Shown here one piece after another: positions 19,673 to 29,061 of a stretch of 64,000 nt of DNA; the stretch's first letter is position 1; each line of letters begins with the position of its first letter. The notes beneath the pieces are model-generated. The model did not search any database and was not told where the DNA came from. It saw only the letters and a program-made list of their open reading frames with translations. The position numbers and the translations under genes are program-made. The stretch covers positions 1 through 64,000 of the forward strand of contig JBIOXB010000034.1 in assembly GCA_044869275.1 (NCBI GenBank), read 5' to 3'. The DNA is from a bacterium (lineage in GTDB: Bacteria > Zhuqueibacterota > Zhuqueibacteria > Zhuqueibacterales > Zhuqueibacteraceae).

Positions 19673-19815
19673 TAACCCGCACGAGCCGGAACCAAAAAGA
19701 ATTTATCGCCCACGAAAGCAGAACTCCCACGGAAATGAAAAGCTCTTTTCGTGGCAGCTCCAATTCCGTGGGAGAAAGTTTTTGTTTTTGAGAAAAATTT
19801 TGGAATTTTATGCTA
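19673..19815. repeat. Small intergenic element, copy B
   Basis: TAACCCGCACGAGCCGGAACCAAAAA end like 3983; inner CTCCCACGGAA / TTCCGTGGGAG inverted pair like 28866-28945. Confidence 0.55.
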
Positions 19816-19836
19816 TGTTTAATTCTTTAAGCGCAT

Positions 19837-19870
19837 AAAAAAGCCGGCTGGGACGAATCCCAACCGGCTC
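19837..19870 (-). terminator. Intrinsic terminator of the OMP gene
   Basis: AGCCGGCTGGGA / TCCCAACCGGCT stem with an A tract on the + strand. Confidence 0.7.
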
Positions 19871-19957
19871 TGTGTCTTAGAGGTCGATACCGGAGCGTAT
19901 CCCGGCAAAATCATGGGCGCGAAAATCCTAAATGATCCTGCCCAAGGGGTTTTAACC

Positions 19958-20716
19958 CTAAAAAACCACTCCCGCGGTCACCCCGACAAAAGTCACGTTG
20001 TCTTTGTTTCCATCCGTGCCCTCGGAGGCGCTGAAGATAATGTTGAACAGTCCTTGAAAAATGAGATTGACCGACTCGCCTGCCGGAATTTCAACGCCCA
20101 GGCCGCCGCCCAGGCCGAGTTTGTTGACGTCGTCTTTCCACTCGGATTGGCCCAAAATGCTGTTGAGATCATCCTTGGTAATGTTCAGCGTTTCTGTGCC
20201 GCCCGTGAGGAAGTTGTTATACGTCACCGCGCCACCGCCCAGGGTGGTTTTCGTGGTGAGAAAATTGAACGTCGCATTGGCGAACAGGAAAAACTGGGTG
20301 GGCGCTTCCGGCGCGGTGAGATAGGGCCGCACGCCGGCACCCAGCTTGATGGCGCGCGCGCTGCCCTCGGTCTGCAAACTGGCGCCCGACACCTGCCCAA
20401 TCTGCGCGCCGGTATTTTGATCGTAGATCGGCAGCCCGGTGAGCTGCTGGCTGAAGGAGGCGCTGATGGCGTCCGCATCCACGGTAAACCCTTCGTACCC
20501 TACAAAAATGGGAATGCCCACACGCGGCGAGGGGAACAGCACGTATTGCACGTTGCCGCTCAAGCCGATTTTGTAGAAATCTTTGAAATCATCCGGGCTC
20601 ATGGGAAAAGCAGCGCCGGCGTAAACCTCGGTTTGGTTGCGCCGGCTTTGCGCCCACAAGCTGTTGGCACAAAGCAATAATACCAAAACCAGTGTTGCCG
20701 TTTTTACAAGCTTCAT
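19958..20716 (-). CDS. Outer-membrane beta-barrel protein
   Basis: Signal peptide, amphipathic strands, C-terminal Phe (GVTAGVVF). Confidence 0.8.
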   Translation of the reverse strand: MKLVKTATLVLVLLLCANSLWAQSRRNQTEVYAGAAFPMSPDDFKDFYKIGLSGNVQYVLFPSPRVGIPIFVGYEGFTVDADAISASFSQQLTGLPIYDQNTGAQIGQVSGASLQTEGSARAIKLGAGVRPYLTAPEAPTQFFLFANATFNFLTTKTTLGGGAVTYNNFLTGGTETLNITKDDLNSILGQSEWKDDVNKLGLGGGLGVEIPAGESVNLIFQGLFNIIFSASEGTDGNKDNVTFVGVTAGVVF

Positions 20717-20760
20717 ACTTTGCTCCTCTTGCAGTAGTTCATTGGTGGACTGTTTTTTTC

Positions 20761-21903
20761 TTATTTCGTAATCACGCGGTCGCGAATTTCCGGTACGCCG
20801 CTCTTGGATTTTGTGATCGTGGCCACAGAATAACCATCCAATACCTCGGTCAATTGCGCTTCACAGAGCTCATCGACGATTTTCCCGATGACTGCATTCG
20901 TGACCGGATGCACGATGGGTGCGCCTTCGCGATAGACCACGCATTTCATGCCTTTACGCATGCCGTTGGTACGGCCGAGGTCGAGCGTCAAGCGTGTGCC
21001 CTCGGCCTTGATGACGTAACCGTGCACCAGCGGCATATCGTTTTTGATCTTGACTGCCACGTCTGAAATCATCCGGCTCAAGGTGGGCAGGGACAGGCCG
21101 TTGGCAAAGGCGTCCTGTGCGGTGATGATCGCGGCGGATTCGGTATCGACCAGGCGCGCGTCAATGCTGGCCGCGTTGCCGGCATGCGAGATGCTGCCGC
21201 ACACCACTGCGTCCACGCCGATGCCCTTGCCGATTTCCGCGGCGGTGGTGACGTCGATCACGCCGGTGAGGCCGAGCTTTTGTTCTGCCAGGACTTTTTC
21301 CAGCTGCGCTCGCTCGATGACTTTGAAGCGGTTTAAGTTCACGAACACCGTGGTCAGCTTGTCGAGCAAATCGATTTCACCGATTTCACGGCTCACGCCT
21401 TTGGTTTCAAACGGCAGAATGGCGATACTCAAACGGTCGCCGACCATCGTTGCGGGAGGCAGGGGCGCCATGCTGGGCGTTGTTTTTGCCTCGCGTGCCG
21501 CTGCCGACAACGGCACGGCGACCGGCGGGGCCTGCCCGCTCTGCAACCGGGCGAGATATTCGCGGGCACGATCGGAGGCGGACTGTCGCAAAGAAAGTTC
21601 GAGCAATTCACGCCCGCGCTGCATGTCGCCCAGCTGATAATAGCAAATGCCCATTTCGCGATTGGGAAAATACTCGATGAACACCGCGCCATAGGCGCGC
21701 GTTTTGCCCTTGTCTTCGCTTTTCTCTTGAATAGCATTGGCAAAATAGTTCAAGGCCGTTTGCCAGTTCTTTTGCTCCATCGCTTCCAGGCCTTGAGCAT
21801 ATGCTTTGTACCACTTGTCCGCGCCCCGCGTCGGTGGGATCGCGCTCAAACCGGCAAACATTATGGTGCCTACGCAGCACATTTTGCGCCAACCACGCAG
21901 CAT
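20761..21903 (-). CDS. TPR + CsgG/HfaB-like + FlgT-C-like exported protein
   Basis: IAILPFE, FKVIERAQLEKVLAEQKLG, IGKGIGVDAVVCGSI, ARLVDTES. Confidence 0.8.
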   Translation of the reverse strand: MLRGWRKMCCVGTIMFAGLSAIPPTRGADKWYKAYAQGLEAMEQKNWQTALNYFANAIQEKSEDKGKTRAYGAVFIEYFPNREMGICYYQLGDMQRGRELLELSLRQSASDRAREYLARLQSGQAPPVAVPLSAAAREAKTTPSMAPLPPATMVGDRLSIAILPFETKGVSREIGEIDLLDKLTTVFVNLNRFKVIERAQLEKVLAEQKLGLTGVIDVTTAAEIGKGIGVDAVVCGSISHAGNAASIDARLVDTESAAIITAQDAFANGLSLPTLSRMISDVAVKIKNDMPLVHGYVIKAEGTRLTLDLGRTNGMRKGMKCVVYREGAPIVHPVTNAVIGKIVDELCEAQLTEVLDGYSVATITKSKSGVPEIRDRVITK

Positions 21904-22247
21904 TTTATTTAGCCTCGATAGAAGGAGAAACGCGGCGAGCAGCCAATATCATTGCTTCCTCGAAATTTCTGATCATAATAGCGCAAAGCACTTTCTTTTG
22001 CGGGCAAAACCTAATCAACCCGCGACAAAAAGTCAAGTTGTTGTTGGCAGAAAAACGATTGGGTAGGATAAGGAAAATGCGGGAAATGCAACGGCGATTT
22101 AACCGGCGGCTTCAAAAACAACACTGCAACGATCTTCGCCTCTGGCCTTAACTTGCCAGTAATACTGTGGAGACACGGCGGCACAGGATTCTACGTGGAC
22201 TATTACCGCATGCCAGATCATGCCTCCTCTTCCTCAAGAAAGGCTCT

Positions 22248-22484
22248 TTATTTCTTCACGCCCAGCGGCTGCGCTGCTGGCCGCACCTCCACCGGATGGT
22301 CTTGCGGTTGTATCCATTCGGGCACGCCGTTTGGGCGCAAGTGTAACACCACGATCAGCAAGCCGGAAAGCACGGCCATGGCAAGATAGCCGATGATTTC
22401 TAGCAGCGACGCTTCGCCGGAAAAAGGCCGGAACAAGCTCACGCCGCAAACGATGGCCAGAATCCATTCTACCGGACGCTTCAT
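22248..22484 (-). CDS. Small two-TM hypothetical protein (78 aa)
   Basis: GAGGAGG RBS before ATG 22484; two hydrophobic segments. Confidence 0.65.
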   Translation of the reverse strand: MKRPVEWILAIVCGVSLFRPFSGEASLLEIIGYLAMAVLSGLLIVVLHLRPNGVPEWIQPQDHPVEVRPAAQPLGVKK

Positions 22485-22794
22485 AATTCCTCCTCGGGGC
22501 CTCTGAGTTGAAAAGGCCGATTGATTTTTATTTGTGGGGCGAGATGATAAGCGGGAGGATGGACCAGACCCACAGCCAATGCCGCGCACCTACGATTCTT
22601 TGCAGCCAATCTGATTTTCACCCGATTCGAGCGGGCGTATTGTGCACAGTTGCCGAGCATGCTCGCATCCATGATTGACCACCGCAGGGCGCGGGATAAA
22701 CGACCTGTACGAAATCGGAACAATAGTGCGAATCTTGCCTGCAAAAATCAAGCGAAAATTTTCACAATTTTTTGCCAAATCACAAGAATGAAAC

Positions 22795-22823
22795 TTGACA
22801 ATTTTGCGGCGGTGCTTTATCTT
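22795..22823 (+). promoter_or_regulatory. Sigma70 promoter with no evident downstream gene
   Basis: TTGACA-17 bp-TATCTT. Confidence 0.55.
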
Positions 22824-23087
22824 CCGCCTGCCTGCCAACACGCGCGCACCACACGAGCCTAGGCGGTTTGATCGCCGGAAGTCTTTGGTCTTCGCAGCAC
22901 ACACTTTTGCCGGGTGAGGACAATTTCATGGACGAAGAATAGGACGCGAATCCTTCGACGTTTATCTATTCGATCCAGCTGCCCGTTCATTGCATCTTCT
23001 CTGTGCCCGCAGCGAACTCTCAAAAAAGCAAGTCTCGTTCGCAGCGTTGTTCTCTTGCAGCGCGCATTTGTTAAGTTTTGGAAACAA

Positions 23088-23144
23088 AAAGAGCGGCTTC
23101 TTCGAGCTGATCAGAGCTTCGGAAGAAGTCGCTCTTTCATTTTT
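23088..23144 (+). terminator. Intrinsic terminator-like hairpin
   Basis: 16-bp stem AAAGAGCGGCTTCTTC / GAAGAAGTCGCTCTTT followed by CATTTTT. Confidence 0.65.
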
Positions 23145-23354
23145 ACTCCTGCGGGCTTGGGGGTGGCGGCGGTAGAGAGGAGAGGTAAAGAGCTGGTCTG
23201 CCCAGCCCGCCAGGGTGCACGTCCGCTCCGTGAAAATCATTCTTCGTACATGAGTCTCTTCACCTGTTTTGACAGTTCTCTATTGCCCTTTTGATCATTT
23301 GCTCAATAAAGTAACCGTCTTCACGGGCGATTGCGGAAGCAGGAAGAGAATTTT

Positions 23355-24140
23355 TCATTTCTCCTGCCATTCCAGAGAATAACGAATGCCGGTTTCGGGC
23401 TTGATGTCGAGGCGGTACTCGTGGTCATCGGCATCGTAGCCAATGGGCAAGCCCTTTTGCACGCCCCAGTCCGCATCGTAATGGATCAAGAACACGTCGC
23501 GAGGCGCGTCAGGATCGTCGGGAAACGACAAGCGCGCAATCAACTGTCTGCAGCCGGCCACATGGGCATAGGAAACGAGATGATACGGCTCCGATTCATC
23601 ACCGCGATCGGGGAGCTCGTAATGCAAAATTACGATCTTCTTTTCCCCGGCGCGCAAAGGCGTGGCAAAGCGCACGTCGTAACGATGCCAGCTCTTCTGC
23701 ACCTTGGGACTGGTGATGCGAATCAGCGTGTCATCCGTGGCCTCCAAATTGACTTTCACGTGTTCCGAGCCGGACCAGCGAAACTTGAAGCGGTAACGAT
23801 CCACTCGCTTCTGCGCTTTGAGCGTGTAGCGGCGCTCGACCACGCGTCTGCTGGCGTAGACTTTCACGTAGAGCTCGTCCCGTTCAATCCACAGCGCGGG
23901 ATTGATCAAAACCGCCGCGCGCTCCTGGGCAACATTTCTGACGATGAAGTAAACGCTGAAAAACAGAATGGCCATGCCAATAAAAATGATCGCCCACTTC
24001 ATGATGCTGAAATAAGCGAAGATGATGCCCGCCGCCGCCGTGATGAAAGGCACCAATTGAATGATGCTGATAATCACTTGGAGCGTATTCTGGCCCACTT
24101 CGATCCATCCTGACCAGTTTGCTTTTCTGGGGTCTTCCAT
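23355..24140 (-). CDS. Two-TM protein with beta-rich C-terminal domain, function unknown
   Basis: 260-codon-scale ORF with GGAG RBS; upstream TTGACT-18-TATATT at 24337-24308. Confidence 0.8.
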   Translation of the reverse strand: MEDPRKANWSGWIEVGQNTLQVIISIIQLVPFITAAAGIIFAYFSIMKWAIIFIGMAILFFSVYFIVRNVAQERAAVLINPALWIERDELYVKVYASRRVVERRYTLKAQKRVDRYRFKFRWSGSEHVKVNLEATDDTLIRITSPKVQKSWHRYDVRFATPLRAGEKKIVILHYELPDRGDESEPYHLVSYAHVAGCRQLIARLSFPDDPDAPRDVFLIHYDADWGVQKGLPIGYDADDHEYRLDIKPETGIRYSLEWQEK

Positions 24141-24922
24141 CGTTGCAACTCCAAGAGTTTAATCTTTGCGAAGTGAGCAGAACACGGCCGCTTTCGGGGT
24201 CGGTGGCATTGCCGCCTTCATGCACTTGAATGTCGAATTGAACGGATGTGTTCCGATTGCGACAAAAAAATAATCGGGCATTTACGTCAAAAATTCAACA
24301 AAGCAAAAATATACCAACCTTTTATGGCGTAAGTCAAGCACTGATTGCGTCGTGAAGTGTCACATAATTGTTGCATGCGGGAGTTTCAGAAGCACGGCGC
24401 GGCGCTTCGGGCTGTGCCATCATACCATTTGAACGCAGAATTCGGCAGATGGATCAAACAAAACTGCAGACACCATGCTGTCTCCAACCAACGGCATACA
24501 TTCTACGCCGCCATGCGCTCATTCATTCCAAAGAAGATCAGGGGCAAAAAAAAAATCGCATTGCCCCGTGAGGCCAAATGTTTCGCACCTGCCGCACCGC
24601 TGTGCAGTGCAGCGCTTATGGAAAAGCGAAAACGTAATTCTCAAACGCGCCGACTTTCATTTTGGAGATTCCTGCGGAACGCTGTTAGGTCGCACGCACG
24701 AAATTTTTTTGCTGCTTCGACCTGAAGTGAATTAAGTTCTGATAATTGCCCGCGTGCGTGGGGCGAGGCGAGGTGGCGCGATATTTGTAAAAAGCCAAAG
24801 CGCTCATCTTGAATGGTGCCGGGAGACGAGCCATATGATAATAATTCTGCCGAGGATTGTTGGCTGCGCCATGCATTCATTCGCATGCTCGGCATTGACG
24901 TTGGAGAAAATGAATTCAATAC

Positions 24923-25555
24923 ATGAGAGCACTCTGCAGAAGCTTTTTGAAAAAATTCGGACCAGTGGCGGTAAATTTTTGCCGCTCACGCCTTTCAACT
25001 TTAGGGCTGGCCGGCATCACTTTGGTTTGGCAGCCGAATACGGAAACGGATCTGGCAGGTTACAAAGTTTATATCGGCGAGCGCTCGCAGCAATATACGC
25101 AGGTCATTGATGTCGGTAAGAACACGGCGTATGCCCTGGATCATTTGCCGCGCGACAAAGATTTTTATTTCGTAGTAACAGCCTACGATCTTCAGGGCAA
25201 TGAAAGCAGTCGTTCGCCGGAGGCCATGTTGGCGGCAGTTCCCGGCGCAGCGGCCGGTGAGAACACCCTGGCGACGGTTTATAATTTTCCCAATCCCTTC
25301 AGCCCCACACGCGAAAACACTGCCATTCGTTACTATCTCGCTCAGTCTGCCGCGGTGACGATTCGGATTTTCGACGTCAAAGGCGATCCCTTGAAAACAC
25401 TGCTGGACAACGCACCGCGCCTGGCCGGCGAAAACGTGAGTGACGTCTGGGACGGGACCGATGCACGCGGCGCAAAGGTTTCGCCGGGTTTGTATTACAT
25501 TGAAATTCGGGCACAGGGCCAAAAGACCATCATCCGAGCCGCAGTGGTGCCGTAA
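24923..25555 (+). CDS. Fibronectin III + FlgD Ig-like domain protein
   Basis: WQPNTETDLAGYKVY, FVVTAYDLQGNES, NFPNPFSP, WDGTDARGAKVSPGLY; start uncertain. Confidence 0.85.
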   Translation: MRALCRSFLKKFGPVAVNFCRSRLSTLGLAGITLVWQPNTETDLAGYKVYIGERSQQYTQVIDVGKNTAYALDHLPRDKDFYFVVTAYDLQGNESSRSPEAMLAAVPGAAAGENTLATVYNFPNPFSPTRENTAIRYYLAQSAAVTIRIFDVKGDPLKTLLDNAPRLAGENVSDVWDGTDARGAKVSPGLYYIEIRAQGQKTIIRAAVVP

Positions 25556-25603
25556 ATGCTCGTGGAATAAAGTCGACGGCTCCCCCGTTGTGTACGTGAA
25601 AAG

Positions 25604-27079
25604 TTGGACAATGATTTCAAAATGCTCATAAAAAGAAAGATCACCTCATTGCCTGGCATATCTTCCCCCGACTTTAATGCTCTTGCAACAAATTTTCCTC
25701 CTACCCGCGGCCATTTCTACCGCCTTTGTTTTGGCTTGATCACCCTGCTGGTGGTGGCCTGCCCTCCGTTGCGTGCGCAAGAAGGCTTGGGCAGCGCGGG
25801 CGCATTCATGCGACTGGGCATCGGTGCGCGCGCCGGCAGCCTGGGTGACGCATATGTTGCCGCGGCGCACGGGCCGGAGGCGATTTATTGGAATCCGGCT
25901 GCCATGGCGCTGGAGCCGGCTTTGCAGTTCGCGCTCACGCAACGGCGCTATGCGTTCGATCGCAACTTCAGTTTTGCCGGACTCACGCTGCCGCTGGGTG
26001 AGCGGAGCGCCTTGGGCGTGGGCTGGACCGGTTTTCGCACCGGTGGCCTGGAGGCGCGCACGGGCAACACGGCATCGCCTGACGGTTTATTCAGCGACGA
26101 GGAGAACGCCTTTGCCGCGACTTGGGGCTATCGTTTGTCTTCGTGGCTTTCCGCCGGGGTGACCGCCAAATTCATCAGCCAGAGACTTTTCGATCGCTCC
26201 GCCACGGGCTATGCCGCAGGCACGAGCCTCTTGTTCAAGCCTTTATCCCATGTTTCTTTCGGCCTCGCGCTGCAAGATTTGTTTTCGAGCTTTGAATGGG
26301 ATACGAATTTTTCCGAGCGCTTGCCTGCGACGCTGATGCTCGGCATGGCGTGGCAATTCACGCCGCAAGCCATGATGACGCTGGACTACCACCACGCCGG
26401 ACCGGGGAATTTTTTCAACAAAGATTGGTGGGGAAGAAAAGGGCGCGTGCGCGCGGGCACGGAAATTCGCACGCTGCGTTCTTTACCGCTGCGCTTGGGC
26501 TATAGCCCAAATTCCTTCAATGCCGGCGCTGGGTTTGAAATCCCGATTTCATCTTCTTTGCTGGCACTGGACTATCAGTACGGCGTGCAAGACGGCTTGA
26601 ACAACAACGGCCATGCTTTTTCCCTGCGTCTCGACTTCGGCGGCCGGCGCCGCCCTGCCCGGGAAGGCGACAGTGATTTTGCCTTGCGCAAAGAGCGTGC
26701 GATGAACGCCACCACGATTTCCCAGCAGGAGCAACCGCAGAAACAGCCTGAAACCTCGCCCCCGTCATCCGGCAATCCAGTCGCCAAAGCGCCGGCGGTG
26801 AAACGTGTCGAGGTCGCGCAAAAACGCTCTCACCAGCCCTCGGATGCATCTGGCATGAGCACGGTGGCGAGTGGCACTTGGCTGACGATCAGTTCCTCCC
26901 GGCTTAGCGTTCGTTCCGGGCCGGGGACGAATTACAAGAAGATCGGCACCGTCTACAAGAACAGCCGCTTCGAAGTCTCCCGCCAGAGCGGGAATTGGTT
27001 TCAGATTCGCTGGAATGGCAATCAATGTGGATGGGTGAAGGCGGATTTTGTGTCGAAGAAGAAGATGGCGGGGAGGTGA
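25604..27079 (+). CDS. PorV/PorQ family beta-barrel with C-terminal SH3 domain
   Basis: FMRLGIGARAGSLGDAYVA...IYWNPAA; C-terminal VRSGPGTNYKKIG...GWVKADFV. Confidence 0.85.
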   Translation: MDNDFKMLIKRKITSLPGISSPDFNALATNFPPTRGHFYRLCFGLITLLVVACPPLRAQEGLGSAGAFMRLGIGARAGSLGDAYVAAAHGPEAIYWNPAAMALEPALQFALTQRRYAFDRNFSFAGLTLPLGERSALGVGWTGFRTGGLEARTGNTASPDGLFSDEENAFAATWGYRLSSWLSAGVTAKFISQRLFDRSATGYAAGTSLLFKPLSHVSFGLALQDLFSSFEWDTNFSERLPATLMLGMAWQFTPQAMMTLDYHHAGPGNFFNKDWWGRKGRVRAGTEIRTLRSLPLRLGYSPNSFNAGAGFEIPISSSLLALDYQYGVQDGLNNNGHAFSLRLDFGGRRRPAREGDSDFALRKERAMNATTISQQEQPQKQPETSPPSSGNPVAKAPAVKRVEVAQKRSHQPSDASGMSTVASGTWLTISSSRLSVRSGPGTNYKKIGTVYKNSRFEVSRQSGNWFQIRWNGNQCGWVKADFVSKKKMAGR

Positions 27080-27138
27080 GCCAAAGATGCTACCCAGCAT
27101 TTTCAAAATGAATTGAAAGCAGCAGTGCTGTAGGCAGC

Positions 27139-27289
27139 TAGCACTGTTACTTTAAAAACTATTACCCTCAGCCATGTCATCCCGGCGTTGCGGGATCTCG
27201 GTAGAATTGAGCAATGTGCTTGTGCTGCCGAGATTCCTTCTGAATGACATAATGAAGAAGTCATTTAGACTAAGATAACAGTGCACTAG
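27139..27289. mobile_element. Degenerate MITE/REPIN-like element
   Basis: Ends GCACTGTTA / TAACAGTGC; inner ATGTCAT...ATCTCGGTAG / CTGCCGAGAT...ATGACAT inverted pair. Confidence 0.55.
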
Positions 27290-27347
27290 TGACGATAAAA
27301 CTTTCCCAATGGATAGAAACCACGCAACGGATGGTTTTTCTTCTTAA

Positions 27348-27647
27348 TCAGTCGGAATACGCTCGTACTTCACGGTCGAGCCGTTTTGATATCCGGTCTT
27401 CCTCGACATCGAGATCATAGTCCATTTGTAATCCTAACCAGAATTGCGGCGACATTTTGAAATAACGGCCCAGCCGTAATGCCGTATCGGCGGTTACGCT
27501 GCGCTTGCCTAAAACGATTTCATTGATCCGCCGCGGCGGAACCCTAATATCTAAAGCACGCCGGTTCTGGCTAAGATTCATCGGCTTCAAAAACTCTTCC
27601 ATCAAAATTTCACCCGGATGCACTGGCGGGATCTTCTTGGCGCGCAT
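27348..27647 (-). CDS. higA: HigA family antitoxin (orphan)
   Basis: PVHPGEILMEEFLKPM, RINEIVLGKRSVTADTALRLGRYF, FWLGLQMDYDL. Confidence 0.9.
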   Translation of the reverse strand: MRAKKIPPVHPGEILMEEFLKPMNLSQNRRALDIRVPPRRINEIVLGKRSVTADTALRLGRYFKMSPQFWLGLQMDYDLDVEEDRISKRLDREVRAYSD

Positions 27648-27764
27648 TTTCAGTCTCATCCTTTTTGCCAAAAAAACAAGAAATTTCATCACGAAATGCT
27701 CAGGTGGTTGGAAATCACAAAATGCTGAAATCTCTTTGTATAGTTTGAGGCACCAAGTCTGTCT

Positions 27765-28112
27765 TTATCGACCTTCTTTCGGTAGTAAAGGTTGCAGTGA
27801 AGAAAGGAGATCGGGCACATCGGTTTCCGCTGTTTTCCACACTTCCTCCACGTCAACGATGTCGTATCCGTGAATGAGTTTGTCACGCATGCCTGCAATA
27901 AATTCCCAAGGGATTGCGGGATGATGTGTGCGAAAATTCTGTGATAGCCGCTTTACCGCCTCGCCCATGACCATCAGTTGATGCAAAACAGCTGACTGAG
28001 TTTTAATGTCATTCAGGAAGGAGGCTTTATCCATCCCTTGCTTGAATTCAAGAATGAGACGGGCTGCTTGAGCAATATCCAAGATGATGGTTTCATCGCG
28101 AGGCATAAACAA
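27765..28112 (-). CDS. HepT-like (DUF86) HEPN ribonuclease toxin
   Basis: GEAVKRLS, IPWEFIAGMRDKLIHGY (R-x4-H-x-Y). Confidence 0.92.
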   Translation of the reverse strand: MFMPRDETIILDIAQAARLILEFKQGMDKASFLNDIKTQSAVLHQLMVMGEAVKRLSQNFRTHHPAIPWEFIAGMRDKLIHGYDIVDVEEVWKTAETDVPDLLSSLQPLLPKEGR

Positions 28113-28410
28113 CCTCAGCGGTATTTAGTATTTCCCGACGACGTATCCAGTTGTGATTCCGCTCGACTGCTCGCCTATTGAGGAGGTCGATTTTGCGGCC
28201 CAACAGCTCGGTCAACTCCTGCTCCATGCGCAGATGATCGAACAAACTCCACTCGGCCCTTGGGGCAAATGTAACGAGTATGTCCAGATCACTATTGGAA
28301 TCGAAGTCATCACGCAGCACGGACCCAAACAGCGCAAACTCACTGATGAGCCAGCGCTTGCAGAAATCTGCAAGTTGTTTTTGCGGCATGTTAATATCTT
28401 GTTTATTCAT
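28093..28410 (-). CDS. MntA-like nucleotidyltransferase antitoxin
   Basis: LFGSVLRDDFDSNSDLDILV, LLGRKIDL. Confidence 0.92.
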   Translation of the reverse strand: MNKQDINMPQKQLADFCKRWLISEFALFGSVLRDDFDSNSDLDILVTFAPRAEWSLFDHLRMEQELTELLGRKIDLLNRRAVERNHNWIRRREILNTAEVVYASR

Positions 28411-29061
28411 GATTTCATATTGTGCAAGTAGGAGCAATCACCAGTTTCAAAATATAATATAAATTTCGAATGATGCAAATGCAGTTTTAATGCCAATCCA
28501 TTCGTGGAATGGCCATTAACTCGAATGGGTGGAATCAATTCCTCTTTTTTCTGAATAGAGTTTTACGGAGATCTGGTGTGAAAGATCTCGTAAAAGAAAG
28601 ATTGCGCTATCCATTTCGGAAATCAGATTACCGGTTAATCTCTCCTCATTGCTCTGCTGTGGGATATAACGGCTAACAAATCTAATCTCTGAACGAAGTA
28701 GCGCCTTGAATAATAGATCTATTAATTCATTTTGGGATTCTATCCTTTCAAGAAAGCATGAAATTTTCTCTCTCGCAGTTAAAGAATAGACGCCGAAGCT
28801 GCTTCGACATTATCAAAGTCCGAAGACTTTGAACACTGAAAACTCTTGCAAACAGAGCGAGTTTTTCGCTCACGGAAACCGAACTCTCACTGAATTGAAC
28901 TCAAGAAATACTTCTATGGGAGTTCTAATTCCGTGGGCGATTTTTCTCGTCCGTTTGAGGCGAAGCTTCGCTGAATAGCTAGAAGGTTTTCGGTTCTTTT
29001 GAAATTTTTCGAGGAGGGATAATGATAAGGATTTCCATCTCCCTGATTACGCCACCCTATC

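Noticed and set aside
24141..24922. Short ORFs in the divergent intergenic region
   Set aside because: Overlapping, motif-less ORFs on both strands; more likely regulatory sequence.
28440..28860. AT-rich stretch as a foreign gene or ncRNA
   Set aside because: No ORF in the track and no motif or structure I could support.
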